DNA of 64,000 nt from Catajapyx aquilonaris (Eukaryota). A program made the position numbers and the translations under genes. The notes beneath the pieces were generated by a model. That model saw only the letters and a program-made list of their open reading frames with translations. It had not been told where the DNA came from and ran no database searches. The DNA lies in NCBI GenBank assembly GCA_000934665.2, contig JYFJ02001451.1, positions 1 through 64,000 on the forward strand. The letters are read 5' to 3'. How positions within the stretch are numbered: position 1 is the stretch's first letter; each line of letters starts with the position of its first letter. Of this stretch, positions 51,513-64,000 are shown piece by piece.

Positions 51513-54500
51513 AATATTCTTCTGATGATGCCCCGTGTGTATATACATACGGGATATGTGGTATAGGAAATGGCATGCTCCGGAGTATCTCTTACCCCAT
51601 TGTTGAATCCAAATCGGCGTATTGTTGCCCGACGAGCAGCATAGCTTCGGTGTGGACCCAGCAGCTTCCGATCTTTGGTCAGAAACCTTCCTTTGTTCTG
51701 TATAGAAGAGACGATGTTCCGTATAGCACTTGTTGGTCGAGTGAACTGCAGGCAACAAGAAAGAGGAATCGTATAGTGTCACAAGAGGCGATTGGTGCCT
51801 GGATTTCCAGGTAAACACACTTCAATAACACCCCGTATCTTTTCCACGCAAGATGAGGCTTACCAGGAACCGAAAGAATGGAAACGAATCGCTGGAAAAA
51901 AAAGAGAGGCAATCCTGAGTCGTGATATGTAAAATATTCTGCTCTCGATTCCGCAGATAAAAGTGTTGGCATTTCATCCAAAAAGGGACCGCTTCTGTTG
52001 CGTTTCTGGCATTCCTAAATATGTGCTGCGGATTTAGATTTTTCAGTGCGATTTGTCCAACCGATTACAAAAGTACTGGTTACACTTTGCATACGTGTAT
52101 ATCCACGTTATTTCCTTCGAATAAATAGAGTGTGTTTATCTGCATGGGTGTTCCTATAATAGTTGGCGGGCCAGATTTGTGTGGCCGTGATTCATCAACA
52201 CTTCCCACCGAAGAAGCCAACTTTGGCACAATAATTACATGTGTGAGGCTCTGCCCCCACAAGAGGGTGTAGGCCCTTATCAGCCCATAAAGGACCGGAA
52301 TGACCCAGCTTTATTTTCCCCTCCTTCCACATATACTATTATACCCCCGGCCCCTCCAACACACACTTCCTCTTAAATCTTCGCTCTTGGGATTCCTTTC
52401 AGAAGCTGAAGACTATTACAGGGAATTTATTATGGAGAGATCACGAAGGCTTAAATTTGAGAGGCGGTGAGGTTCGGTTCTTCTTCTTCTTCCTTTTTTT
52501 TTTAAACCTTTCCCTTTTTCCTTTCCCCGCCTTTGCTGGAGTAATTATTTTTCCTGCTAACCAGTTCTGGTGATGGCTGGCCTCACGAGTCGGCTCCTAT
52601 GTGGAACTCTACCTGTTCTGCGAGCCAGATTGTTTTAAAACAAATTCTCCACAGCTCATATCGGATAGTCCGAATAATATCGCACACCTTTCCAAAAAAA
52701 ATTGCGAGTCATATTTAATTGCCTTCTTGAGAAATTTTCGAGCCTCCAGACACATCTAAACTGCCGGGCTCTTAAAAACCCGGCCATTAAGTTTCTCTTA
52801 TCTAATTAGGGCTACATGAGAACAGAGTAATTCACCCACGACCTGCGCTGATATGGGAAAAAGGGTGCACTGTCCGGATTGTTCACTCCAGCAACCACAC
52901 ACAGTTTTGCTACAAAGTTGTGTTGCGATGATGATGACTTTTTGTCGGGGGGGTTAAATGTGTCCTCGCCCTGTGTTTACATGTTATGTATGCATGTAAG
53001 TAGCCTTAGCCCACATGCCCAACCGACGCTGGCAATTATTTCGGCCACGGCGACGGCCCGCTGCCGTGACACAACTACAGCCTTCGCAACAATACTCTCT
53101 CGATATACACTTTCTCTTCTCGAATCTCCTTACACCACCACCCCTCCTTGTTATAAGAAGAAGACATGCATCGATGGACCTCCAAGGGAAGTAATAAGAC
53201 AGCCCAAAACGTGCACATTTTTTGATTGTTAATAATCATCATCGGGCCACTACTTCAACTATATGTACAATTTGGCGAGGATTGGCAGCTAAAATTCTGC
53301 TAATTATCCTGCAATATTGCCTACAGAAAAAAAACATATTACGTCTCGATACTGATCAAACGAGAGAAATAAACTCTCAAAACAGATAACTAAAAAAGAT
53401 ATTGCCTGACACCTGCCGTCCCATTGTAATTCTTATTATTTCTGGATTACATATACGCCATACGGGCTGCCGCGTGATCTACATGCATTGTATTAACGCA
53501 ACTAGGCATCTGGCAAAAATAAAAAAAAGAAGGGCAGCAGATTTTCCTCGGAGGTTATTCGCCTCAACAAAAGTATACGTACAAGAGATTCTCATTAGAT
53601 TCGAACTCAATTTAATTCTTTCATCAACAAATGATCTTGAGCAGTTTGCCACCCTGTCTGTGAGACGCACCTGTGTGACGCGGTCTGTGATCGTGAATTC
53701 CAGGCAGATTTTGTTGGCGCGATAACAGTCCCCGGGGTCGGAAAAAGATTGTTATCCCAACAGCGGACAAGATACTCCATTTAGTATACTGTAGGCCTGC
53801 CCCTATAGACCACGATGCCATAAAACTCTGAGGTTGAACCAAGAGAGACGAATAATTTGCATGGGTCATAAGCATTGCGATGACCATCTTAGAACCGCGC
53901 ATATGATTATGTAATAAACGAGCATATTGCATGTCTTCAAGTGCGCTCAAAATTGCTTTCAAAACTACTTTGCGCACATTTTTTAGATAATTTCCACAAT
54001 GATATATTGTGTATGACGTGTTTGAAAGTACCTCATCGAGTATAATATTAATTTTCTTCCTTTCTTCATTTGTGCACCATCTGTTCGGTATTTTGGCACA
54101 CACATGCTGCAAGTACACACACGAATTAACGACAGGTTCCACACGTGCTAAACTGCTATCCATACATCGCGTCAAAAGACATCCATTGTATTGTATCCGG
54201 TTTGATGAACAGGCGTGTGACACATGCGGTCCTGCTGCTGCTGCTGGCCTGGCTTGTTTCACGTAAACCACCAAGTGACACACGTCCCAGGGAGTGACAA
54301 AAACGACCGTCAAAAAGGTCACGCGAATATCCCCCCCCCCCCTTTATTATATAAATCTGCAAACACTTGTGACTCGAATTTGCGCAACAAAAAAAGACTC
54401 GAGAAATGCACCACCCTGTGCTGCTTCAATTGAGTGAATTAAAGCACCTATCCAACCTACTTGGTGTCCATTCAAGGTGAAAATCCCGTGCATCAACTGG

Positions 54501-56372
54501 TTTGAAAGAGAGAAAAAAAAACTGGTGGTTCATTAATGGCTGGAAAATGAGATGCGAGATAGAGATGCTCTCATTAATCCTCCTCACCCAAATATGAGTG
54601 TTGGAAGAAAAAATATGCTGGCAACACCCATCATTGAAAAGCCTCCCAAAAACTCTCATCTTATTCCGAATCCAATGACAACTCCTATAATACGATATGT
54701 CTAAAGGGTGGCCCGTAATTGGCAATAAACATCCGGAAATCGCTGTCCTCTTTTTTTTCTATCTGATACCTGGGAGGTATTTGTTGGGGGAGATTCTGGT
54801 CCAGAGTGGCATAGTTTGGGGTTTTTTTTCCCCCCCTGTGGGAGGTTGGTCCTAATTCGATTTGGCCCGTGGGCGAGGAGAACAACTTCTCTGCCCCGTT
54901 TGATTGACAGGCACAAGTTCCTACCCCACACCGAAGGGGCTCCAGAGTCCTCCATCACTCTGCAGGATGTCCCCACACCGTAATTACCTCTGCTCTAAAG
55001 GGGCCCAAGCGCACAAAAGAGATCCCACCAAAAAATAGTTTTCCTCGATACAAGTAGTTGCTGGAGTAAACAACCAGCTTCTTCTGTACTCTTTTTTTTT
55101 AAACAAGTGCACCACCCGTAGTATGGACTGTGGACTCTCGGGGTTTAATATGTCTTGGAAGGATTTGGCGCGATTAATCACTGCTGGTAGACTTGACCGA
55201 CAGATATTGATGGGGCTGCCATAATTACCACGCGGAGTTTGCAGCTGAAACGAGGATCCACTGAGCAGCACCTCGGAGTATTTGCCTCCAGGGAAATTTT
55301 CCCCTTTGTCGCCTTTATTCAATGAGAGGTGATAAACTGCCTGCCTACCCAATTAATCACTAAAGATGCTGCTTAAAAAATATTAGGCCTCCTCCACCGT
55401 TCAGAAGTGTCCAAATTTTTGACCTTGATCGTGACCAATCGAATAAAGTGCATTATCATCGAAAATGCTTCCGATCAGTGCTGGATGCTCACTTCACACA
55501 GGGAGGCTCCTTTCTTCAAACTGTGAACCAAATTAAATCTGGGACGCGGGGGGTAGGCCGGGTCCCATTGAAGATTAATCATGGATTAACATGGCTGGGG
55601 TGTTACCATTTAGAGTAGGAGCACAGCAAGAGGGCCAAAGGCTGCAAATGCTCATCGCCACTTCTCACTCTCATTGACTCATGGAAAACCTATTGCAACG
55701 GATCGGAAATATGAGTATTTTCTATTGCGGAATGATTATTATCGCACTAAACTGTCTGTTGATGACAGCTAGTTAATTTATGCTGCGGTGTACCCCCTCC
55801 TGACCTAGAGTCATGGAAATAAACGTTTTATTCGGACAAAGAAACACGTGTAGAAAGGAGCTGTCCCTGTCTGTCCCATTTCCTCCTCACTAAATCCTGA
55901 GACTTGTTATTCATTCACAAGAAGCAAGCAAGCACCTGCTGCCTAGTAGTTCCATGCAGATAAACACAAAAAAAAAATCCTCAAATTATACCCAAGTTGG
56001 CTTCTACCTGGTGGTGACAGACATATTCTTAGGTCTATTTTGGGCAGGAGTTATACGAGCACAAATTTTTACAGAACAGGAAGCTTATCAAGCCCCAACA
56101 GAGCCTACCCCTACCAGCAGCCAGCATAATGTTTTTGCCTCCTTATCTCGGCGGCTAGCCTCGGACCTCTTCATTTTACTTTCAACATTTTCTCGTTTTG
56201 TTGTAATTTACTGGGGACGGTTTTGTCCCCCTACTGCCCTGCATTGTTTTACAGCCGTGCAGTTGTGTACGCTCCTAAAAACAAGGTTGGTCGTAAAACA
56301 AACGTACGCATTGAATCACGTCACAATTTTGGTCAATGTCGCGCATTATCTGACTTATCAATATTACAGTAC

Positions 56373-56566
56373 CACTATAGAAAAAAAACCCTCGCTTTTT
56401 TTTTCTAGGCCTGCGGTGTATATACAGTGATGGAGGCCATCGTGGGGGGAGCGAATGGACTTCAGCGATAGTTCCTCCTCCCGCCCACCAGAGGCGCTGT
56501 CTCCATCCACTGCGCATGCGTAGAACGCGGGCCAATCGGAAGCGTCGCGGTAACAATATGCGGCTT
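56373..56566 (+). mobile_element. Eroded family F copy
   Basis: Shares ACTATAGAAAAA..CTCGCT..TTTTCTAGGCCT and GCGCATG.GTAG.ACGCGGGCCAAT...GCGGTAACAATATGCGGC with 46903-47075. Confidence 0.6.
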
Positions 56567-58631
56567 ATACCGGGGATTGTTGAGCATTTGGCATTATTAA
56601 TATCTGCTAGTCGTTTTGGAGGTGCGTTTGATGGACACCTCGTATATACCGTGTGTCTGGCAGAGGCGGAGGAATGGGCGGGCAGCGGTTTAGACATGCA
56701 CTTTGCCTGGGATTATCATCATCAACATCGCAGTCATTCCCTCCAGGCTTCCTTTCCATTCAACTCCATGCTACTGCTGCCTAACACACACCCAGTCCGG
56801 TTTTTACTAAAGGTTGGATGGCGTGTGGCCAACGTCTTCCGAGTTGCCCGCCTCCCCTGTACAGACCACTTTTCTCAAGTTACGCGCTTGGAAGGAGAAA
56901 TAAGAAGAGAACAAAAACATCCCCAGGCAGCCTCCGGGGTTAGTCGTGAATATTGTCTGTGGTCGTATAGCTTCTCTAATTAATCCAATGCTTTTGATGA
57001 AACATTTGTTAAGTCCATTCAACCAATAAATTCTATGTCATGTATATGCACATTTTGCCCTATTTGCAGCATGCTGATTCAATATATCACGTGCCATATA
57101 TCTGTAGGTGCGACGCTAGAGATGTCAGAAGATGCGGGGGATTACAAATGAGACATTTATTGCCACCCGGACCAATTAATGACAATCAGTCGACTTAATA
57201 CAATAGGCGCATAAAAATAAACCGCCATACTAGAAATATATAGCCTTCTACTGTTTTCCCGACCGCGAAACAGTCAACACCGTGCATCTATCAGTACAGT
57301 ACATATATAAAAGCAGGCGACCTATTCCAATGGAAAAGGTTATCACCCGCTTCCAATCTATTAATTGTAGCGTCCACAACGCCTCCAGCTAAATTCTCTC
57401 CAAGAAACCCCCGGTACACCCTGTAGCTAGTCCAAAAAAAAAGACGAAGATTCATCTCCCTTGGTTACCTGATTGCCAGTCAAAAAAAGGATGGGTTGGG
57501 GGTGTAAGAGAGTGAAAAATCCTGATTCTTGTCTTTGCCCCATAAATTTCAGTCACCTTTTTTTTCTCTCTCTTCCCCCTCCCCCACTCACCCTCCCTCC
57601 TCAAAAAATTACCCCTGCTTGTTTTGTGAAGCCGTGATAAACGAGGCACCGTCAATTTTCTATCAATCACCAGGCCTCCAAATAGCCGGTTTCCTAACGC
57701 TTAAATAAGAGTTTACAACCGCGGAATGATTGGGTTCAGCTCGAAGAGGTCGAGTTGGGGTCGCAAATTAAGGCGGGAGATGAAATTGATCTAATTTATT
57801 TCAGCTTGACTGACTGGACACCAACAGTTTTTTTTTTTCATTGTAAGGTGAGGAGGGTCAGGCGTTGTTGTTTTTTTGGCAAGTTTTTTCCCCCGCATTA
57901 ATATTCACCCGCGAATTGTACGGCACAGTTCAAACATGCTTCCTTGTAGATTTTATCCGCATATTTAAAAAAAAACCCTTCACGAAATTCGGAGAGGTTG
58001 AAATTGCACGGTTTATTGCTCATACGCGTTATTCGCTCTAATGTTTAGCAACATTTTGTAATTCGTAAATGCACTTTTTTTAACGCAGGACAAATCGCAC
58101 TGTTAGCCACTATACAGTGACGTACGACTTGCGAAACCTTGTCGCAGCGCAGGTAATTTAGATTTCCCTCGATACGAAATATCCCAAGCACAACGAAGCA
58201 GGAAATGAGTGCCAATCGACCCCCCCAGACACAATAGTCGTATTTCCACTAGTTTTTGGTTGCTTCATTTTCATGGTGTTGTCCCCCCCACCCCTTCCAA
58301 AAAAAACCTGTCATATTTTGCACTGCGCAACACCTCAAACCGGACCAATTCACCAGGGAAATGATTTTAAAAAAACACCGTCCACACCGTTTGTAATTAG
58401 CCAATTGGAAGCTGCCAATCAGGGTGTACGTACCCTGATCTCAATTCCGGATTGGCTTCCTGTGTATCGAGTCCTAACAGTGATGCCAACTCATTGTTGA
58501 ATTTATGCTTTTAATTTCTTTTTTTCTCTATGGAAACAGTCAATTTATGTCATATTTTTAGAAAAAAAGAAGAGCTCAAACTCGCAAAAAAAAAAGGTCC
58601 TCCTCTGAGGCAAGACACCAACAGACAAAAG

Positions 58632-61454
58632 ATGCCGCCAATCAGGAAGCCGGACACTCTGTACACAATCTCCGCTAAGAAGATGAACAGAATGCTGAAC
58701 GAAGCAGCCTTCAGGATTCAGAATTCAACTCACAAGCCGTATGCTGCTGATCACGGCAGGATTACCACCATGCTCAGAGAGTATTTGCCTACAGAAGTGA
58801 GTCGAAACTTATACCACAGTATAAGAGGCGCAAACATTCGATTTCCGCGTCTCTCTGTTTGGGGCCGTTGCCAAGGCTGGCGGCCATTTCGAAGTGGGGG
58901 CAACGCCAACGAGGTATAAATAGGGTACAGGCAAAAATAGGGTCCGCCATCTTTGATTCGCGCGTGTTCTTGCCGTGTAGTTGCCATGGCTAGGGCTGTG
59001 CGATATTTCGATATATCGACTGTCGATACGATATTTTCCTAATATCGAAGTGGCGATATCCGACGCTTGGCATGTTCGATATATCGAATATCGCGATATT
59101 TCGATGTCGGTTCGATGTCGGTTTTCGATGTCGATTTTTCGATTTTCGATATATCGACTTCGATTCGATATTATTAAGTATCAAAAGTCGATATGTACTT
59201 TCGGATATCGCACAGCCCTAGCCATGGCCGCCAAAACCATCAAAGATGGCGGACCCTATTTTTGCCTGTACCCTATTTATACCTCGTTGGCGTTGCCCCC
59301 ACTTCAAAATGGCCGCCAGCCTTGGCAACGGCCCCCAAACAGAGAAGACGCGGAAATCAATGGCGCTGACCGAAGTTTGCGCCTCTTATGTAGTATATGC
59401 TCCCTGCTGATACCGGGGCAATAATGTCCTATTGTTGTGTCTTGCAGATTATAGACGACCTGTACTCCATTAGAGGTAACAGCGAGTTGAGTAGAAAATT
59501 AGCAGTGAAAGGCATCAGAATCGAGCTATCTTTCTATTTGCATCCTTACACTAGCCGGATTGCTAGCAGGTATTTCCTAAAGGCTACAGACGCGTTTTGG
59601 AAGCGACAAATGGTCCAAATGCAGAAGCTGGTGGCCATCCAGCTGCCTCTGTGCAGGTAAATGTCCGAGGGATTACAAGCATGTAAAGAGCGTTAAATTA
59701 TTTTAATCACCAGTTACTCTGACGAACTTCTGACAGCGATTGTCACCAACTGTCCTAAAATAGAGGAGATCACAACGTACAAACCGATGTTCCTGCCCAT
59801 AACCAGCGAGTTGGCCGTCACCTGGCGAGGCGTCCATCAGGTAAACGGCCGTTAACCGACTTAAACGCGTCTGTGTTTAAAACCATCGTTATCTGTCAGC
59901 TGGCAAAGTTGTCCAACCTTCGGATACTCAACCTGCCCAACTGCATGTGTATGAAATGCAATTGCAAGTGCTACAAGAATTCAAAAAGGCACGAAAAATT
60001 AGTGGTACTGGATCTTCTGAGGAGGACTCAGATGGAGTACATTTCGAACTATGACCTGACCTGTCTCATGGGCGAGTACTATCGGAAGTTGTACATGCAC
60101 AGGCTGCGGATAAGGAAAGTGGACATGTTCTTGCCCTCGGCCGAAGTCATCGAGGTCTTGGAGAAGATGTGTCCGGAACTCGTCCAAGTCAGCCTGACTC
60201 TGTCCAGTGAAAGGGTACGACGAAGCGCGTACTCGCAGGACGCCGTAATCGTGGTCGGTCAATTAATTTAAAATTGTTACATACCGAAGTAATTCTGTTT
60301 GTGTCACATGTGGGTAGGTTCAACTTTGCATGGTTTGAGTAAATTTTCGTTTAATTTTGCCTGGAAAAATAGGCGCCGTTGCTTTGTGCAGTAAGAGGCG
60401 AAAACCATTTTACTCCTTAATGGGCAGCTAACTTGGACACACCCTGGGGTTTAGAGCATGCCCTTTTTGAACAGCGTGTCCGGGCGGGTTGTGGGGGACC
60501 GCGTTTTATTTTTCGACGGTACAAGGCATCATCGCTCGTAAATAATCTCTTCCTTTCAGAGCGCAGTAGATAGCAAAAGGCTGATACCGCGGCTGGCCGA
60601 GAGTACGATTCGACTCAGCTCTCTCCAGCTCATCAACATGATCGACTTCAGCCACCACTGGCAAGCCTTCTTCATGGCCAAAGGTAAACTGGTATTTTCC
60701 CCAGCCTTAAAAAATTATACAGCCTACTGCACATACATCATTATAGGAGAATACCTGAGGTCCTTGTCGATCTACACGTCGCAGACTTTCTACTGGGATT
60801 GGAATAGGTTCTCCCAGTATGTGCTGATGGTGGCCAAGCTCTGCCCTCTGATGGAGAGCCTCAACTTCGAAGGGGTTTTTCCAGGAGACACGGAGAGCTC
60901 GCCTTTGGTCTATGACACCTTCCAAAAGTACTTCCAGAGGCTGAAGCATCTGGGCATGCACGGCAACTGGTATATGGCCACATTGCTGAAGGACTGATAT
61001 TTTTTTTTTGTATAATATAAACTATGATGTTATTCCATGCTTAAAGCTGGGGGTATAACATCTTGCACCTTCTCCTGGACAACGCGAGGAAGATGGAGTC
61101 ACTCCTCATTGACCATTACCAATGGACATTCACGTCGACGGTCGTGTTCCCCATCGGTGACATCCTGGACAATATATTCAGCAAGAATCCGATGCTTAAT
61201 CTGAAAGAAGCAAGTTTCGGAGAGGTCCGCGTTTTATATGCCGATTTTAACAGCCCTTCTTTAAAAAAAAAATGACCTGCCTTGCTTTTTGTCAGAAGGC
61301 GCAAGTGTCACCTTCGAATCTGGACTACCTGGTGAGATGCTGCCCGGAACTGAAGAAGCTGAAGGTGCACGATCCATCTCTCAAGGAGAAGATTGAGGAG
61401 CTGAAATCGCACGTCAGGGCCAAGAACCTGGAATTGGACATATCCACAGAGTAG
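58632..61454 (+). CDS. Leucine-rich-repeat protein (F-box/LRR- or BC-box/LRR-like), join(58632-58796, 59448-59656, 59714-59840, 59900-60214, 60560-60683, 60747-60969, 61047-61224, 61296-61454), 499 aa
   Basis: Eight phase-compatible GT-AG exons totalling 1500 nt; cysteine-containing LRR motifs DELLTAIVTNCPKIEEI, LSNLRILNL, LEKMCPELVQVSL, KLCPLMESLNF, FQRLKHLGM, NPMLNLKEASF, LVRCCPELKKLKV; introns of 57-77 bp except two longer ones (651 and 345 bp). The exon 6 donor (GTATAT) and exon 7 acceptor (AAG) are weak. Confidence 0.82.
58808..59406. mobile_element. Foldback MITE family A (host of the hAT MITE) in intron 1 of the LRR gene
   Basis: Inverted arms of about 130 bp (ATAAGAGGCGCAAAC...CCGCCATCTTTGAT / ATCAAAGATGGCGG...GTTTGCGCCTCTTAT); right end ATGCTCCCTG is shared with the copy at 112-325. 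Confidence 0.85.
58991..59220. mobile_element. hAT-type MITE, 230 bp, with 8-bp TSD GCCATGGC
   Basis: TIR TAGGGCTGTGCGATAT / ATATCGCACAGCCCTA; GCCATGGC at 58983-58990 and 59221-59228; interior rich in TCGATAT subterminal repeats. Confidence 0.92.
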
Positions 61455-61537
61455 AGAGCTCTTTAGAGGCTGAACAGTAAATAATAATTTGCCCAGTGTA
61501 ATTTTATCTGGCAGTCATTATACTGAAAACGCAGTCA

Positions 61538-61669
61538 TGGTGTCGCCACTAGCCGGTGGTGGCAAAAAGAGCGAATCCGAAATTTGCATCCGGGGGTGGT
61601 CATCCGGAGGGAATATTTCGGTTCGCTTTTTCGCCGACATTGGCTGGTGGCGCCACAAGTACGACACCA
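61538..61669. mobile_element. Foldback family B copy just 3' of the LRR gene
   Basis: TGGTGTCGCCACTAGCC...GGTGGTCATCCGGAGG...GGCGCCACAAGTACGACACCA|TTAA. Confidence 0.7.
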
Positions 61670-62005
61670 TTAATGTCCAAACGCAAGGGGTTTTCCAGCT
61701 GGGAATCCCCCCCTATCTGCGCAGGGCCATTTACACTCTGATTATAGACTCGGGGAGTAAATATGGGGGTCGCATCAGGGTGCGGTGCTCCTCGTCCTTC
61801 CCCCCCGAGTGCTGCATCACTTCTTTCTTTTTCTTTTTTTTTTTTGGCCCCCGCTCTCTCCCCTAGCCAAACTCCAGATCGTGATCTGCATACCAATATT
61901 GTACCGGTCCCCGCACCGTACATAACCGCGTTTGGGATGCATGCCACGGCGTCCCCAGGCGGCGTTGCGCTTCCTGGGACCGCACAGGCCGAAGGGATGC
62001 ACGTA

Positions 62006-62048
62006 CAGGGTGAGTCAGAATGTACACACTCTGTTGTGATTCACCCTG
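62006..62048. mobile_element. Minimal 43-bp mariner-type MITE
   Basis: TA|CAGGGTGAGTCA ... TGATTCACCCTG|TA (11/12 TIR match). Confidence 0.6.
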
Positions 62049-64000
62049 TACCATTTTACAGTATTGCCAGGTACGTACACCACTTGTTTTTTTTTTTTCG
62101 AGGCCCGCAGGTGGTACCGCACTATTGTGCCCCCATTTTTGTTTCCACTCGCAGGTGTATACATGCTATCACCTGTTATAATGTAAGGTGCCGCAACCCC
62201 TGCCTTTTAACCGCCTACCTAGAGAGTAATGACCCGCGTCACTTCCGCTTCCCCTCCAGCAGAGGCGCCTGACGGTTAAACGCTCTCGTTTATTATTATT
62301 ATTATTATTATTTAGGATATTCCGAGTGCGTACAGTACAACATCACGCTCCACATTTCGTGCGGCGCATCGCGGATAATATTTAAAAATGTATACAGTAG
62401 AGGAAATGGAGGCTTGTGATAGATTGTCACCAAACAGAATCCTTGATCCAGACTAGTAGTGAAGTTTGGCAACACTGCCTGGCCCGCTTGGACTTATTTG
62501 GCACCACCAGATGGCGCAGATCCTCCCTCTCTGCAGTGTAGTGACACTCCACGGCGACAGTGGTAACTACGTGCACGTTGTTGATGAGCCAACGCGTTCC
62601 TAGCCAATTTCTATATGTTTGGAGGGCAATCCGTCCACATTCCGTCAGTGTGCTGACATGAGAGTGAGCGATACCCGCGCATCAGTCTGCTGTTGGGGGA
62701 ATGGCCCTCCCTTCTCATTCTTTCCTACCACAAAAGTTGCCCAAAAAATCCGACCTGGCCCACCTCTCCTTCCCTCCTTCTCCTTTCCATCCTCAGAGGC
62801 CCCTAAAGTGACAATCTGCCAGGTTGCAGCCAAGGATCATTTATCATGCGCCGGGGGTTGCAGCGGGGGGTCGGAGCCACACATACCGATCACCGGGCTC
62901 GATAGAAATTGGCGCATAAATCAAAAGGAGAGTTTGTGCTGGGGAAGAGGGAGGGAAGGAAGGGGGGGGGAGGGTAGAGGAGAGAAACACTTGCAACGTT
63001 GCCTGGTCGATGGAAGTGTCGTAGGGTGTATCCGGTGCGACATGTCCCGATGCTGGCTACAGGTAGGGCCGGCACCCACAAGAAACACAAGCCAGCAAAG
63101 CACGTGCAAACCGTTTTTACGAGCGTGTATTGATGGCCGGTTCACACCCACGATTGGCTACGAGGAATAAATCCGCCATAAATATGGTTAAGGACGCCAT
63201 TTGTCACCTGGGTTCCCGGAGAGGCGATAATGCGGCTTATAGGGAGTGTTGCAGGCCATAGTGTGTGTATAATAGGGTGTTGTTGCACGTTCCTTGGATC
63301 ACGCCAATATGGCACAAGTTTCAGGGAATATAAAAAAGGGCAAATTGTGCAAAATATATTCGTACGCTTCAGTTGGCCACAGCAGTTTAAAAAAATAAAA
63401 AACAAGTTCAGTCAATAATTATTCATAATCCAGGCCTTATTGGTGGCGCCTATGAAGCCGTGAGAATCAGGTGTGGTGGCGGCCCGACATTTTAAAACAA
63501 CTTTTCGCATATCTTGCTGTTCGATCGTGAGATGTTGGCCATCCAAGTGCAAAAGTTTTTGACTTGATTTTCGAGAGCCAAACCCTTTTCCGCCGCAAAG
63601 TTGACCACCAGCGGGTAGGTCCGGTCTGACCAGGCAAATAATCGGCGCATATTATGTGTGTATGTGTAGTGTGCACAAAAGGCGGTTTTTTTTCTCTCTC
63701 TCTCTCCAAGTGCATGAAAAATTATTACACTCACGGACAAGTGAAAGTTTCTCTCTCCCAAAGTGATTCCAGAAAAGCTTGAAGTTTTAAAATTTTTTTT
63801 AAAAAAAAGTAATCTTATCATGCGGGTTACACTCTGATTCTTCTCACCGTGGCCAACAAGTCATGCTGAACTATCTGGCGTGCAAAATCCCCCCCCCCCA
63901 CCACCAAAAAAAGTGATGATGCAGTATTTTTGCGGAAGCTTAGTACCCGCTCTGTGTAATTATCCGCGATTTGCTAATAAAACTTGGCAGTTACAAGATC

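Noticed and set aside
58530..59424. 129-aa and 147-aa ORFs as stand-alone genes
   Set aside because: The first is exon 1 reading through into an intronic MITE; the second lies within the nested MITE.
61763..63170. 169-aa and 183-aa + strand ORFs
   Set aside because: Low-complexity composition, non-ATG or weak starts, they run through repeats, and no domain was recognised.

Overview
Eukaryotic, probably arthropod-like, genomic DNA (GT-AG spliceosomal introns, many of them 57-77 bp). Three protein-coding genes could be reconstructed by hand. (1) An intronless secreted CAP/antigen-5-like gene with a C-terminal hydrophobic tail (433-1263, +). (2) A group F Sox (SoxF; Sox7/17/18 and Drosophila Sox15-like) HMG-box transcription factor on the minus strand, with 4 coding exons (31464-31014, 7285-6775, 6706-6222, 4734-4277; 634 aa) and a 23.7-kb intron splitting the HMG box. 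(3) An 8-exon, 499-aa leucine-rich-repeat gene with a BC-box-like N-terminus (58632-61454, +). The rest is non-coding and dense in short non-autonomous transposons: TA-flanked CAGGGTG-ended Tc1/mariner-type MITEs, a TTAA-flanked foldback family, a Tourist-like MITE, a hAT MITE with an 8-bp TSD whose empty site is also visible in the window, non-autonomous Helitrons and a tRNA-derived SINE head. It also holds mini- and microsatellites. No autonomous transposase, RNA gene or CRISPR-like system was found. The most interesting signals are nested TE structures and TE-borne regulatory motif clusters (RFX/CRE/CCAAT, CTCF-like) around SoxF. All family assignments come from motif recognition, not database searches.
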